Assembly: GCA_001643675.2 (NCBI GenBank) | Contig: LSRY02000013.1 | Coordinates: forward strand, 1,488,001-1,552,000 | Source: Monocercomonoides exilis PA203 | Taxonomy: Eukaryota; Protista; Preaxostyla | Reading direction: 5' to 3' | Length of the DNA: 64,000 nucleotides | Shown here: piece by piece, positions 12,280-25,162 of the stretch | How positions within the stretch are numbered: the stretch's first letter is position 1 | Layout: the number at the start of each line of letters is the position of its first letter | Made by a program: the position numbers and the translations under genes | Notes under the pieces: generated by a model | The model's input: the letters and a program-made list of their open reading frames with translations, nothing else | The model's database searches: none | What the model was told of the DNA's origin: nothing

Positions 12280-13719
12280 ATGCAGAAAACGAACAACACA
12301 AAAAAGTTCACAGGTCTTCAATTGCAGTTGCATTTGAATTTTTGATTATCGTAATTTTATCTTTGTTTTTTTCATCAAAGAATTGCTTTCTGCGCTGGAA
12401 CAGTGTGGCGAGGAAGATCAAAATCAGAAAATCGAAGAATTGAATGGAATAATTGATGAAATGGATGGAATTGCAATTCATCGGACTTTCACAAAAGAAT
12501 TGTTCAACAAAATTTACAAAATGATTGAAGAAAAGAAAACATCTGTGGAAAATATCATAAGATTGTTAAAGCATGTTGGATTTTGCAAAGTTCTTTTGAA
12601 CTTGCGATGTTATGGCTTTTATTGTTCTTCACTGTCCATGAGATTTGAGAAAATGATTGTTGAAAACGAGAAAAATGAAGAAAAGATCGAAAAGTTAATG
12701 GCAGATCTTTGCGAATGCTGTCTTTTGCTGAATGAGCAATTTTCTGAAAAATTGATGTTAATCAGCGTGACTTGTCTTCTGAAAGCCGTCTTTGACAAAG
12801 AAGAATGCATGGAGAATCAAAAAGATGTTGAAACATTATTTCTTGCGTTGTCTTGTGTTCGTAACTGTGCTGTTTGAATTATTCACATGCTTTTTAATTT
12901 TGTTTTGTTTTATTTATTGAATGTTATTATTATTATTATTTAATGTTTTTTAATAAGAAACTTCCAACAGAATTGTATTTGAATGAAATCAAAGATGTTA
13001 TCCAATATCATCAGGAGCATCATCACCTCACTCTGCTTGCCTATCAATCAACATGGGATTTTTTGATATTCAGATTATACATGTGTAAAGAAGTGGAAGA
13101 CACTATTGTGAATGAACTGCATTTTGGAAGAGAGGCAGAAAGAGAGTTGGAAGAACAGATGAAATGTGTGGATTGGAAGAGAAAAAAAGAAGATGAAAGG
13201 GGAAAAGAGGTGAAAGAAGAGCTTGTTTTAATCAGATGGCTCACAACATTGGCGTCTTTCTTCAGCATTTGTTGTTTGCGGAATGATGAATGCTCAGGGC
13301 TTTTAAGCAGAATAAAACAGGTCTTTCGAGCAGCGAAGGACAACAATGGAGAGATTTGCAATAATTGCTTTTATTGCTTTGTGGTTGCTGTGTCAAGTGA
13401 ATCAATGAGTTCTGATGATATACTGAACAGTGGAGCCATTGAACTTGTTTTTGCGGAAATGAACAGCTCGAATGAAAGAAATACTATATTGAGAAGTTGC
13501 AAGCATTTTTTCGAAAATCTGTGCGAAAGATTGAAGGGAAAGATGGAAAAAAGGGAAGATGAAGAAAGGCGAAAAGAGATCAAAAGAAAGATAATTGAAA
13601 GGATGGAAGAAGAAGGTTACGAAGATTGCATAATTGCATTTTGTTTTTTCACTGCTGTGGATTCATTAGGAGAAAGATATGTGTTTCGATTTTTTGATGA
13701 TTCCATTATTTGTTGTTAA
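12280..13719 (+). CDS. Member of an expanded lineage-specific helical (ARM-like) protein family, 3 exons
   Basis: ATG 12280 gives MQKTNNTKKFT; intron ~12314-12380; then ELLSALEQCGEEDQNQKIEELNGIIDEM; second intron ~12870-12957; ORF to TAA 13719. Clear paralog at 60273-61682. Confidence 0.75.
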
Positions 13720-14394
13720 GTTATGTTCTGTTCTCGTTGAATTCTTCGCTTGCAGGCATGATATTTCTTGTAGACAGACAAGTCAAGAAATTTTTCAACT
13801 GAGAAATTATAATTTATTCCTTATTATGGAAAAATAGATAGCAACAGCTTAATTTTATTCTTTCCTAATTTGATGTTTGAAGCAAAAAATAATAATAATG
13901 GATTTAATCAACTTCACACTTGTTTTTTTGACTTTTCACATTGCATGGAATCATTTGCAACATCCATTGATTCATATGGAGCAATAATTATTCTTCAACA
14001 TTTAATTTGAAATTATTTGAACTTTAGATTTCATTTTTGTTTTGAAAAAATAATTTCAAAAAATGAGTTTCTTCTTTTGAACGCAGTAAAAGCCATGACA
14101 TCCTTTGATAAAATCGTTAATGAACTCAAAAGAATGCAATGTTTTATATAATTTTTAATTTTGAGTGAGTTTCATTATGTTTTTCAGTTAACGAAGAAAT
14201 TAAGGCATAAAGTCATGGACAAAACCCGGGAAAGGGACAAAACCCGGGAATGTCTAATGAAAAACTCAAAAAAGAAAAAGTGAGTTGAAGAATTTGATAT
14301 TGAAAAAATCAAACATCTTCCTTTTGTTCTTCTATTGTGCAATATTTAACTTTTTTTAAAATGATGAAATTTTTGAATGAAATAATTAAAATGA

Positions 14395-15584
14395 ATAGAT
14401 CGTAAAGCCATCATATTTGCTTTTTCTTTCAACACGTCTTCTCTTCCTTCGTCTTCAGAACTTTCAAAGGTTTTAGCCACCGCAGAATTCAGAAGATTAA
14501 ATTCAAAAGTAGAAAAAATTAATTTTCTTCTTTCAAGAAAAGATATTACACGCAAAAGCATTATTTCATCTGGCTTAGTTTCTTCTTCAGCTCTATATCG
14601 ACATATCTCTTCTTTAAATCAGGGAAGAGATCCCCAACACAATGGCAGACCGAATTTGTTCAACAAAGATGAACAATAAGAAATAGAAGACTGAACTAAA
14701 TCTCTTTTTCTTTCAACGAATAAAATTACATTCAAAGACATCATTAAAATAGTTTGGTTTTTGTTTAAAAATATGAATTAACTTTTTTGATGTTGTATCT
14801 TCAGGCTGAACACGTGCTGCAAAGAAAAAACCGAAACAAGGATGACAACAGCGAATTGGCAGAAATTAATGAAAAATGGGCAAGACGATACATAAAAAGA
14901 AGCAATGCCTTGCAAATGGTAAAACCAAAATCCATTGATGTGAAAAGGTTGCTTGCATCTTCAACGGAAAACATTTCAGCGTGGTTTTCATTGCTGGGGG
15001 ACACAATAAGAACGAACAAAATTTGCGCTGATCTGATATTAAATATAGACGAAACAGGAGTCAGTTTGTGTCTATCTGATAACAATTTCATAATCAAACG
15101 ATCAGATCAAGAAGACCCAATGTTGCACTCCCAACAACATCAGCCCAACGCAACATTGGTTTTCGGAGTTATTGCAGATGGATCTTCTATTAATCCAGTG
15201 ATGATTTGGCCCTCAAAAACTGTACCAAAAGATCTTGCAGGATTGAAATATCATCGACTAGAAATAGTGGCCAACGGAAGCGGGTGGATGTCAAAAAATG
15301 ACTTTGAAGAAATCATGATGAAAAACATTTTACCAATAGTTAACAAAAAAAGAATTGAACTTCATGGATCGGAAGCATCGGCGCTTATTATAATGGATGG
15401 GCATTCATCTAGGCTTTGCTGGACTGTTATCACATGGTGTCGTGAACATTCAATCGAAATTATTATTCTTCCTTCGCACACCACACACTTGACACAACCG
15501 CTTGATCGCTATGTGTTTGTGCAATTCAAAAAAAGACTGTATTCATCTTTTCAGCCTCCAACCGAAAACGGAATATCGTCATAT
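14395..15584 (+). pseudogene. pogo/CENP-B-type DDE transposase, 5' part
   Basis: Motifs ILNIDETG, NGSGWM, LIIMDGHSSR, LPSHTTHLTQPLD. Upstream HTH-like exon (ALYRH..GRPNLF) carries TAA/TGA stops; intron ~14752-14804; frame broken at the ATAT insertion site 15581-15584. Confidence 0.9.
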
Positions 15585-16276
15585 GGGTGATTTTTTTTGA
15601 TATCATAAAAAAAGATCAAAAATCCAAAAAAAAATAAAATTATGGGCAGTTGTGATCAATCAATTTTTTTGGAAAGGATTAATTGTTTTTTGAAAATATT
15701 CCAAAATATCAACAAAAGATCAATTTGCATTATTTTTTTGTCAAATTATATTTTTTTTGAACATTATTGAATGATTCACTTATTCCCAACAAAAATAGAA
15801 CCTAAAAAAATTATTTTTCAGGAATATTGTTTTTCAAATTTTTTCATCACTAAATGTTTTTTGAACTATGTTTATTAATGAAATAAACATGACATTATTT
15901 ATTTATTGATTTATTTTTTCTTCGTTCAGAGATATATATTTTTTAAGTTAAAAAATGTTTATTCATTAAAAATCAATTTTTCTTTCATATTAGTACTCTT
16001 TGAAGGAAATATTATTTTTGAAAACAACCAATAACCTAAAAATTGATGTTAATAAAGAAAAAAATAAATAATAAACAATTATTCACAGAGTAGAATTAAT
16101 TTTTCATTTTGATTTATCAATTTTTTCAAAAAAGAGTTATAAAAAAAAATTTCAAACAATGATTTGTTATGATGATATGAAAAAAACAAAAAAGAAAAAT
16201 AATAAATCGAAAAAACAAAATTTTTTTAATTGAGAAAATACTCAAAAATAAAATCAAAAAAAAAAAATGAAAAGAA

Positions 16277-18322
16277 TTATGATTTTTCTATTTTTTTGAA
16301 AAAACAAATAGAAGGATGAAAATTTTCTGAAGCGAGATGATTCCAATAATCATTCCATTTTTCAGGAATAATTTCTGAAACAACATGATCATTACACTCA
16401 ATAAACTTTGAAATGGAACTAGGTTTAGAAACATCTTCTTTCACAATGGCCAAAAAATGCCCTTGCTTATAAAGAATACTTGAATGAATAACACATCCAA
16501 CAAATTCATAAACAACAACATCATCTACAGAACAAGAAGATAAGAATGAATCTTCAGAGGAAACCGTTGGATCAAATATTCTTAAATCCTCAGGCCCTAA
16601 CCCTGAATTAACAAAATGAATAGAAAGAGGAGGAGCTGTTACAGTGAAAAAATCACCAACGTTGAACAAAATACTTAACACTTTTGGAAAATACAAAAAA
16701 CGAACATATTTCAAAAATTGTCTATCTTTGTGACATGATACGCATTCTCCTTCTCTCTTCTCAACAAAAAAAGAATTACAAGTTAATAAATCTTGAAGAC
16801 CAGAAACAACATCTGATCCTCTAATTGTGACAAAAAACTGATCATCCCTTTTTGAAATAGAGTAATCATTACAATGAACACACATTAAAACATTTTGTGA
16901 AATGATAGAAAACATATCGTTTATTTCATTACAATTTTTGGAAAGAACTTTGAGAAGTCTTTCAAAAACAACAGACAGTTCTTTTGGCTGATTCTTTCCT
17001 CCAAGATAAATGTCGTAAAATTTATTAATCTGACCTCCATCCCATACATTAAAATTAAACGAAGAGATTCGAAGAAGATGAAACAGCTGCATGAATGTTT
17101 TTTGCATACTGTTCATTTTTGAAATGTCTATAAATTTAACATCAAGAGAAGCCATGCATTGACAAATGGCAGAAAGAGAGCACACACTGCCATTGTTTTT
17201 CAATCCTCTTTGTGAAGAAAGAAGCATGACAACGCAGGATCTTGAATTTGCTTTTGAAGATAATGAAGAAAAAGATGATGATAAAGCATATTGCTTTTTT
17301 GTTTGTTTTGTAATTACTGAAGAAAAAGTCGAATGTTTTGTGTATTTCTTTGCTTCTTTTGTATTTATTTGAAATGGAGAATTAGCTTTAAAATAAATAC
17401 AAAATTTATCGAAATGATGTGAATTTGTGGATGAAATTTTTTCTTCCTTTTCTGTATTGATGTTTGTGAAGTTTGAAAAAGAAGTCTGTTGCTGTTGCTG
17501 CGGTTGAAGAAGAGATTGAGGTTGATTTTGATTTTCAGGTTGAGGTTGATTTTGAGGTTGAGTCTGAAAAAGTGATTGCGCAGAAGACATAAGCATAGTC
17601 TGTTGTTGTTGTGGCTGCTGCTGCTGTTGTTGTTGTGGCTGCTGCTGCTGTTGTTGTTGTGGCTGCTGCTGCTGTTGTTGTTGTTGCAGTTGAGGAAGAG
17701 AAGATTGCTGCCCTGCACCGACTTGCTCCTGAGGCTTCCCAGTCATCTGCAGCTGATTCTGTTGTTGCGCTGACTGCGGGACTTGTGTGCGAGGCATGGG
17801 GATATTTGGCTGCAGCTGGGGCTGTGGCAGAGAAGCACCGCCCATCTGAGGATTGAGCTGGGTGCTGCCTGGAAGAGATGGATGCCCTTGAGACTGCTGC
17901 TGCTGCTGCTGAAGAGAAGATTGTGTCTGTGCTTTTTGTGAGGAGTTAACGAGAGGTAAAAAAAGAGCAGAATTTGCTAAATGTTGCACATCACTGACTT
18001 TTTGAATAACAGTCGCTTGTTGATAAACATGTTGTTATTATATTTATGTAAAAATATTAATTGTTGTTTTGAAAAATTAAAAAACAAAAATTAAAAATTA
18101 AAATAAACATAAAAAAGCAAATTAAAAAATATACAAACGTAAACACGATTTGATAAAATCGTTGAATAGCTGCGATCCGAAAGAGTCTTCAAGCATTAAA
18201 GCTCGAAGAATGTGCAAAGCTCTTTCATATGGCATTTTTTGAAATATGCCAGAAATATGAGCTACTTCACGTTTTATTACTTTTCTGTCGAAACTATAAT
18301 GCACTTTGGAAGTGCTAAACAT
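16277..18322 (-). CDS. Ubiquitin-specific protease (peptidase C19/USP family) with poly-Q N-terminal region, 2 exons
   Basis: Exon 1 18322-18139; intron 18138-18016 (GTTTGT..CAAG); exon 2 18015-16277 in frame. Cys box GLKNNGSVCSLSAICQC, two CxxC, His box QGHFLAIVK..CNDHVVSEI. Confidence 0.82.
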
Positions 18323-19357
18323 GAAAAATTATATTAAAAAAATATTTGTAAGAACAATTATAATGGTAAATTCAATCTTTTCAGAAAAAAAAACACATTA
18401 AATAAATTAAAACAACAGTTATTTAATAAACATTCCATTTCTTCAAAAATTATATTTTTAACAAAACGACAAATAAAATCGCTTGCATTGCTTTGTTATT
18501 TCAGCTGATATTCTGTTATAAAATAAACATACGTTTTGTGCTTCCGAAAAGAAAATAAAAGAAGAAGATTGGAACTGAATTTGACGAAAGTTGAATGAAA
18601 TAAAAATGGCAATTTTTTGTTGTTTATCTAAGAAGAGAAAAAAGAAGAAGAGGGGAAGAGGGGAAGATGAGGAGGAATAAGAAGAAGATGGTTGAAGTTG
18701 AGGTTGGGCAGACTGCAACAGGGGTGATGGAGATGGCGATGACTGAGAAGGAGAAGAAGAAGGAGAGGATGAAGGAGAGGGTGAATGTGAAGGTGAAGGA
18801 GATACAGAAGGAGAAGGTTGTTTGACAGTTTCATGAAGTGGTGATTGTGCTTGAGTGGAATTGTTTCCTCTGCTCAGTTGAGATGAAGAGATGTATGAGA
18901 AGCTCTGGCTTGTCTGCAAGGGATGCTTAGCAGCTGCTGCCTCCTTGGCAATTTGAGAAGAAGCAGAAGAAGCAGCAGAGTGAGTGATGGCAGACGATGA
19001 TTGAGACTTCATGGAAACACGAGGAGGGACACGGGGACGAGATGAAGGTGAAGAAGAGGAGTTTGAATGGAGATGGAGGAAGTGGTGGTGCTGTGGAAGA
19101 AGAAGAGGAAGAGGAAGAAATGTTTGGTGCAGTTGGGGTTGAATTGGAAGGAGATTGAAGTAATTGTGATGTGTGAGATGACTGAGACTGAGAAAGAGGT
19201 GAAAATGTGGTTAGATGTGATGAATGCGCAGAAGGAGTAGCAGCAGAAGAAGAAGAAAGAGAAGAAGAAAGAGAAGAAGAAAGAGAAGAAGAAAGAGAAG
19301 AAGAAAGAGAAGAAGAAAGAGAAGAAGAAGAAGAAGACTTTGATAAAGAAGAAGAAT

Positions 19358-20400
19358 TCAATTCGATTTCTTCATCCATTCTGATTGTTTTCGATTGCAA
19401 TCACCATCATTTTGTGTTCTTATTCCCTTTTCTGCCTCTTCCTTTCCATCAGCACATTTTTCTTCCTCTTCATCTGGACGAACAATTTTGCTTATTATTG
19501 GGTGTCTGGCTCCGAGGAAGCACTCAGGAACATCCCATCTCTTCCCCTGTGCATATCGGATCACTCTTTTGCCGCTTTCTTCCTCCGAAATTCCGTTCAG
19601 TGCACAGAAAACACGCCATTTGTAGTACTCGTTCCCTTCTCCACCTTCACGCAGGAAACTGAACAACGGGAACTGCTTCTTCTCTTCCCGCATCTTTGTT
19701 TCAAACCCTTTTCCTTTCACCACAACATACATCGCCATCTTTTCAATCACATGTTCCAAATCAACATTTTCAAGAGGAGCTGTAGGAAAAATAGCGTTCT
19801 TGTTCTGATTCAATGAAAAGATCCCTTCTTTCATTGTGTGATTATGGTTGTCTTCCTTTTCATCCTTTTCCTCATTTTTGACTTTGTTCATTTTCTTCTT
19901 TTTTCTTGCTGAGTTGTTACTATGGTGATACAATGGAATAGTCTTTTTCGCATATCCAATATGCATACAGCACTGTTTTTCTATTTCTTGTTTGCCTTTT
20001 TCAATCACCTTTTCCTTCTCTTCACCTTCCCCTATCTCTTCCTTTTCGTTTTCCTTATATCCTTTTATCTCCTTCATCTCCTTCAGTGCTGCCTTTACTG
20101 TCAGCTTTGCACAGACTGCCTCCTCTGTCGTGAAGAACGCCACAAACGCATATCGCTTCTTCTGGTTCACTGCCACATAATCCGGCTGCCCAAGCTCCCC
20201 AAACAGCTGCCGCACATCCCGCTCTCCTGTGCCAGCGGGGAAGTTGCGGATCCACAGCGTGCTCTGCGCTTACCCCGCTTCCTACTCCGCCTCAACCACA
20301 GCCGTAGGGAACACCACTGAACGCAGCACTGCCTCCGTCTCGCTGATCCGCCCGCAGCTGCACAGAAGAGAGAACCATCCGATCGCAAAGCTGAACGTGT
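19358..20400 (-). pseudogene. Captured RRM + SURP (U2SURP/SR140-like splicing factor) fragment
   Basis: STLWIRNFP..RQLFGELG..RYAFVAF (RNP2/RNP1) and IEKMAMYVVVKGKGFE..PLFSFL..YYKWRVF (SURP); in-frame TAG/TAA just upstream. Confidence 0.7.
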
Positions 20401-22496
20401 TGACGGAGTCTGGCTCTGACGTCAGTACACTCGAAGACGAGCTCTGTTCGGTCTCTGAACTACCGGTTGCGCTTTTTGACAGATTATCGCTGGATACAGA
20501 GGCTGCGCATGAAGAGGATTCCTCAAAGCAAGAAGAAGAAGATGATGATGATGACAATGATGAAGATGATAATGAAGATGACAGTGTTGATGAGGAAGAA
20601 GTTGTTGCTAAATTAACAGTTGAAAGTGGATTAAGCAGAGAAGATGCCAAATTGGTTGATGACGACTGCTGCTGTGGGTTGATTGCTTCAGCTTCCATTT
20701 CGTCTCCACTGATGTTCTGATCATTCGTTTTCATGTTTGCTCCCTCAACTTCTTCTGTCTTGTTCTCTTCCTCTCTGTTTTCTTGTTCTTCCATCTTTCT
20801 GTCCAGCTTCACCGACGCCACACGCGCATGCGAGGCAACAGAAGAAATGAACTTCTCCACTTTCAGACTCTCTCTTTTCCGCAGCAGCTCTACTATGTAG
20901 TTCAGCTGCAGCAGCATCGCTCCTTCTCCGCATTCAGATCTACTGAATCCGAAATCCGGCGCTTCAGCTCCGCATTCGCCTCGTTCAGCTTCTCAATCTT
21001 GCTTCGGAATGCAGGCATCTGCTCTTCATGCTCCTTCGTCCCTTCGATCGTCGCACGCACTGTCGTGTCTTTGTCTTCCAGCAATTTTTCCAGCTCTTCT
21101 TTCTCCCTTTTCAGCTCAGCATCCTGCGCCTCTTTCTCCTGCAACATCACCCTCTGCTGCGCTGCCAGTTCTGTCGTCTCCTTCATCCGCTGTGCTGTCT
21201 CAACGGCATCTTTGTCTCTCGCTTCACTCAACTGCGCCTCTCTTTCTTACGCTTTCAGCTTCAATTCTTCTGCCTGCTCTGCTTTTTCTCTAAGCTCCTC
21301 CACTTCTTTCTCCACCTTCTGCTTCGCCATCAGCCATTCCACTTGCTCCTCCGACTGGCTCGACATAAGCGACGTTGCTTGCTCTTCCAGTTCTGTTTTG
21401 ATCTGCTCGAAGCGCTTGATATCTGCCTTCGCTTCAGCAGCCTGCGCCTGCAGCGACTCCTGCTTCACCAGCACCTCTGCCAGCGCCCTCTCAAGATCTG
21501 CTATGTGCTCATCGCATTCCTTCAGCTGCAGAATGAGAGACGCATTTTCTGCAGCCAGGCGGTGGATCTGGTCGACAAGGGCGCTGTTGCCGCTCTGCTG
21601 CTGGAACAGCACAGGCAGGCTGGGCAGCGACAGCGTCTGAGCTGCAGCCAAACTTGGCGAAGCGGAGGGAGTTTGAAGTGTTGTGGGGTGAGAAGCGCTC
21701 TGAGGCATGTTCGTTCTCACTGTGTTATTTGCAGTGAATGTCCGGAGTGAATCGTATCCTCCTCCGCCAAGTGGCTCAGCATCCAGCTGCTTCCCCTTCT
21801 CCTCTGCAAATGGCACCCCAGCGAAAGGCTCCTGGGCATTCGTGCTTTGGCTTCTGGGTGACGCTGCAATGTTCGCCTCCGCCATCGCCGACGTCAGCTC
21901 TTCTTTGATCCCTTCAGCGCGGTTCTTTTCTTTCTCCAGATACGAAACACGCGACCGGAAAAAGAAGTTGCGTGGTGCCTGCCTCTCTTTCCTCTGCTCT
22001 GCTATCTTCCACCGCAAGCATACCTCGTTCCTCTCTTTGTGTGCGGAATGCCACGCAAAGAACACCCAATGCACCAGCCGGATGTCCGCCAGCCGCTGCT
22101 AAAGCGCCACAATTTGCATGTTGTGCGTTTTTCTATCCTTTCGCTCCTGAATGCTCCTCCTCCACTGGCAGAACAGAGACTTAACTCTTTTCAACTTCCA
22201 CATCTCGGCTGCCCTGTTCTCCTTCTGCTGCTGTTCGAGAAATGCGCCCCGCATAACACTCCAGCTGCTGGACATTCGGCGCCTCCAGATCAATTCTTCT
22301 GCTTTGCTCAGCAATTTCTCCTTCTCATTGAATTCTCTGTGATGCCGCTTCCACTCCTCATTACCATCGCTTTCACTTTGTAGCTTCTCATTGCAATCTT
22401 CGTGTTCATTAAAAGAAATGCAAACCGTTTTTTCCTGTCTCTTTCATCATCCATCGCTTCTTTCAACTCGTCCAGCTCTTCCTCTTTCTCATTCAT
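20282..22496 (-). pseudogene. Captured coiled-coil protein fragment with F..W repeats (Sfi1/POC5-like centrin-binding style)
   Basis: One frame continues through stops at ~22100 and ~21248 and a frameshift near 20915; SLFCQWRR and VFFAWHS motifs; long heptad region. Confidence 0.5.
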
Positions 22497-22578
22497 TTCT
22501 TCTTCTTTCTCTTTTTTCTCTCAACAAACCAACAAGCAAACAAAAAAAAAGAAATACCCATCATTCTATTACTTTCTC

Positions 22579-23486
22579 TCAAACAGTGGCGAAGCCAATT
22601 TTTATCACCTTTATGCCCTCCAAAGACAAATATTGTGGATCCTTCTTCATTAACATTATCTTCTTATGCTTCTTCTTCTTCTTCCTCCTCCTCCTCCTCC
22701 TCTTTTCTTCACATACTCTCCCCCGATCAGCAATCCCTCTTCCTTCTCTTCCACTGACTTCTTCTTCTTCTCGTCCTTCTTCTTCTTTTCCTTTTTCTTC
22801 CTCTTTTTCATTATCCTTCTTTTCACACTGCCCCAGCAGCACCCACAGCATGTCCATCGCATAACACACCACACTCCGATGCCTCCCTCTCTTCAGAATC
22901 TGCGCCACTGCCTCAACACACCCTGCCTCCACAACCACCCCCGCCGCCTCCTTCCCCAGCAGCCCCACGTTCCTCAGTTCCCTCAGCGCGTGGCACTTGG
23001 CGATGTGGCAGAGGGCGAAGACACACCTCGGCCGGAGGAGGGTGCGTGCCTGGGAGGAGGTGCCGGCGCTGATGTTGCAGGCGAGGAGCGCTGCCTAGTG
23101 GTGCAGACAGGACGAGGAGGAGGACAGGTGGGAGGCGAAGACGTCGAAAAAAGAGGGCTGCAGCAGAAGACCCTGGATGTCTTCGTCGCTGCCGCACGAG
23201 AAGTTCACAAAGAAGCGGAACGCCATCACTCGCAGAACAGACACAGAATCACTTTGAATGAAGGGGATGATCATTTCATTTGAAATGTCATTCATATTAT
23301 AATTAATATTTGTAGAATATGTAAATGAAAGTTCAAAAAGAATATAATCAAATTGATCAAATTAATAGAAAGAAAAATAGATAAGGCAAACCTCATCAAT
23401 TCCGCAACCAGCCCAAAGAGCACAGGATCAATGTAGAATTTGTTATTATTCGAATTCTCGCGATGTTGGTGAGTACTTGCATACAA
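22579..23486 (-). pseudogene. Captured armadillo-repeat (importin-alpha-like) fragment
   Basis: FFVNFSCGSDEDIQ, *AALLACNISAG, VVVEAGCVEAVAQIL; in-frame TAG at ~23095; intron-like AT-rich tract 23295-23380. Confidence 0.6.
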
Positions 23487-24365
23487 TACTCGATGACTGC
23501 CTTTTCTGTGGGCAGCTCATCGCTCTTCGTTCCTTCATTCTCTATCTACTGCTCTCTTTTTCAAATCCTTTCTTCTTCACTTCTTTTGGATTCTTCTTTT
23601 TCTTCTTCCTTGATTTTCTCTTCTCTTCTCATCTTTCATTCTTTTTATTCTTCTTCTCTTTTTCCTTCATCCAATCTCATATTATCCTCTTCAGCTTCAT
23701 TTTCTTCTTCTATTCATACACCATACAGCCCTCCTTCCATATTATTTCCTCTTCTTTCTTCATCCAACTTCCTCTTCCCTCTCTTCCCTCTCTTCCTCCC
23801 TCTTTCCATCTTCTCCTTAGTATCCTCTTCACCACTCTTCTCATCCACATTTCCCTCAACACTTCTTTCACAAACATGGCTATGCTGAAGAAGAGCTGGC
23901 CAGGCTGAGAAGAAAGCATCAGAGCTCCCAGAAGCTGAAGGAGATGAGAGGTGGTGGCAATGGATGGGAATGACGAGAAGAAGGAATTGCTTGAAAGATA
24001 GGTGGTGGAGAAGGAGAAGAAGAAGGAAGAGGAAGGAGAAAGCAGCATCGTTTCGATCATTCAACGAATAAGTGCATTCGGGGAAGATAAAAGCTCAGGC
24101 AAAGATGATGGAAAAGAAGATTATTTGTGTTTGCTTGTCGAAAGAGATGAATGTTGCGGAGCAGAAGGAATTTGCGAAGAAGAAAGAAAGATAAGGAAAC
24201 GAAGGATGTCATAATTGTAGGTGTAATAACAATTATGATAATTAAGAGGTTTAAAATGATGAATGCTTTTTTTCCAATTTTGTGGTGGAAATGAAGAACA
24301 GTATGCTTGAAAACAACGAGGAAGAAGAAGCATAAAAGAAGACATGAATCACATTTGAATTTTGC

Positions 24366-24580
24366 TTTCAAAAACAAAGTTCCTTTCCTGAAATATCAAA
24401 TTTTTAAAATTTACCAAAAACCCATTTCGAATTTTCATTTTTTCGTTGATCTGGAATTTGCAGAATTGATTATTTTTTAGTTCTTAATGGAATAAATGAT
24501 ATAAAGAAGAGATAAATATACGCAAAAACGATTTCTGCAAATTCCCGTGTAATTAAAATCTTTCATTGATCAATAAGATC
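24366..24580. promoter_or_regulatory. Internal site L: inverted GGAATTTGCAGAA pair spaced 67 bp plus flanking boxes
   Basis: GGAATTTGCAGAA 24453-24465 and TTCTGCAAATTCC 24533-24545; inverted counterpart at 29837-30053. Function unknown. Confidence 0.6.
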
Positions 24581-25162
24581 AAATCGGACAATTTTCAGAA
24601 TGAATATTATCAGAAACATTTTTTAAAAAAAAACAATCTTAATTTGTAAATTTCAATCGATGCAATAAATTTTCATTGTTTATTATTTGTCACTATTGAA
24701 AAAAAAATTTTTTTGCAAAAACTTATCATTTACAAAAAAAAAATTATTATTAAAAAAATCCTATTTTGATTTTAGTCATTTTTTTAAATAAACACATAAA
24801 TAACAATTATGTTCATTGAATTTTGATTGAGACAGTAATACTGATTTTTTGTTTTATAAATGATATTTTTAACAATTTTTTAAAAATTTTTTATTTTGTC
24901 GTTTGATATTTTTATTCTCAAATGATGTGGAAAACGAAATAAAATTCATGTCAGTTTTGACTTGTCAGCAAATTTTTATAGGATAATTTTGAATAATAAA
25001 AATTCATTTTTGGAAGCTCTTTGAATATTTTATTTGTCAATTTTTCTTTGAATAAACACAAAACCAAAAAAAAAAAATTAAAAAAAAGCGTTGTAAATTC
25101 AAACAATAACATATAAATTTCTAATATCATCAAACCATTATTAAAACACTTTCAATATAAAA

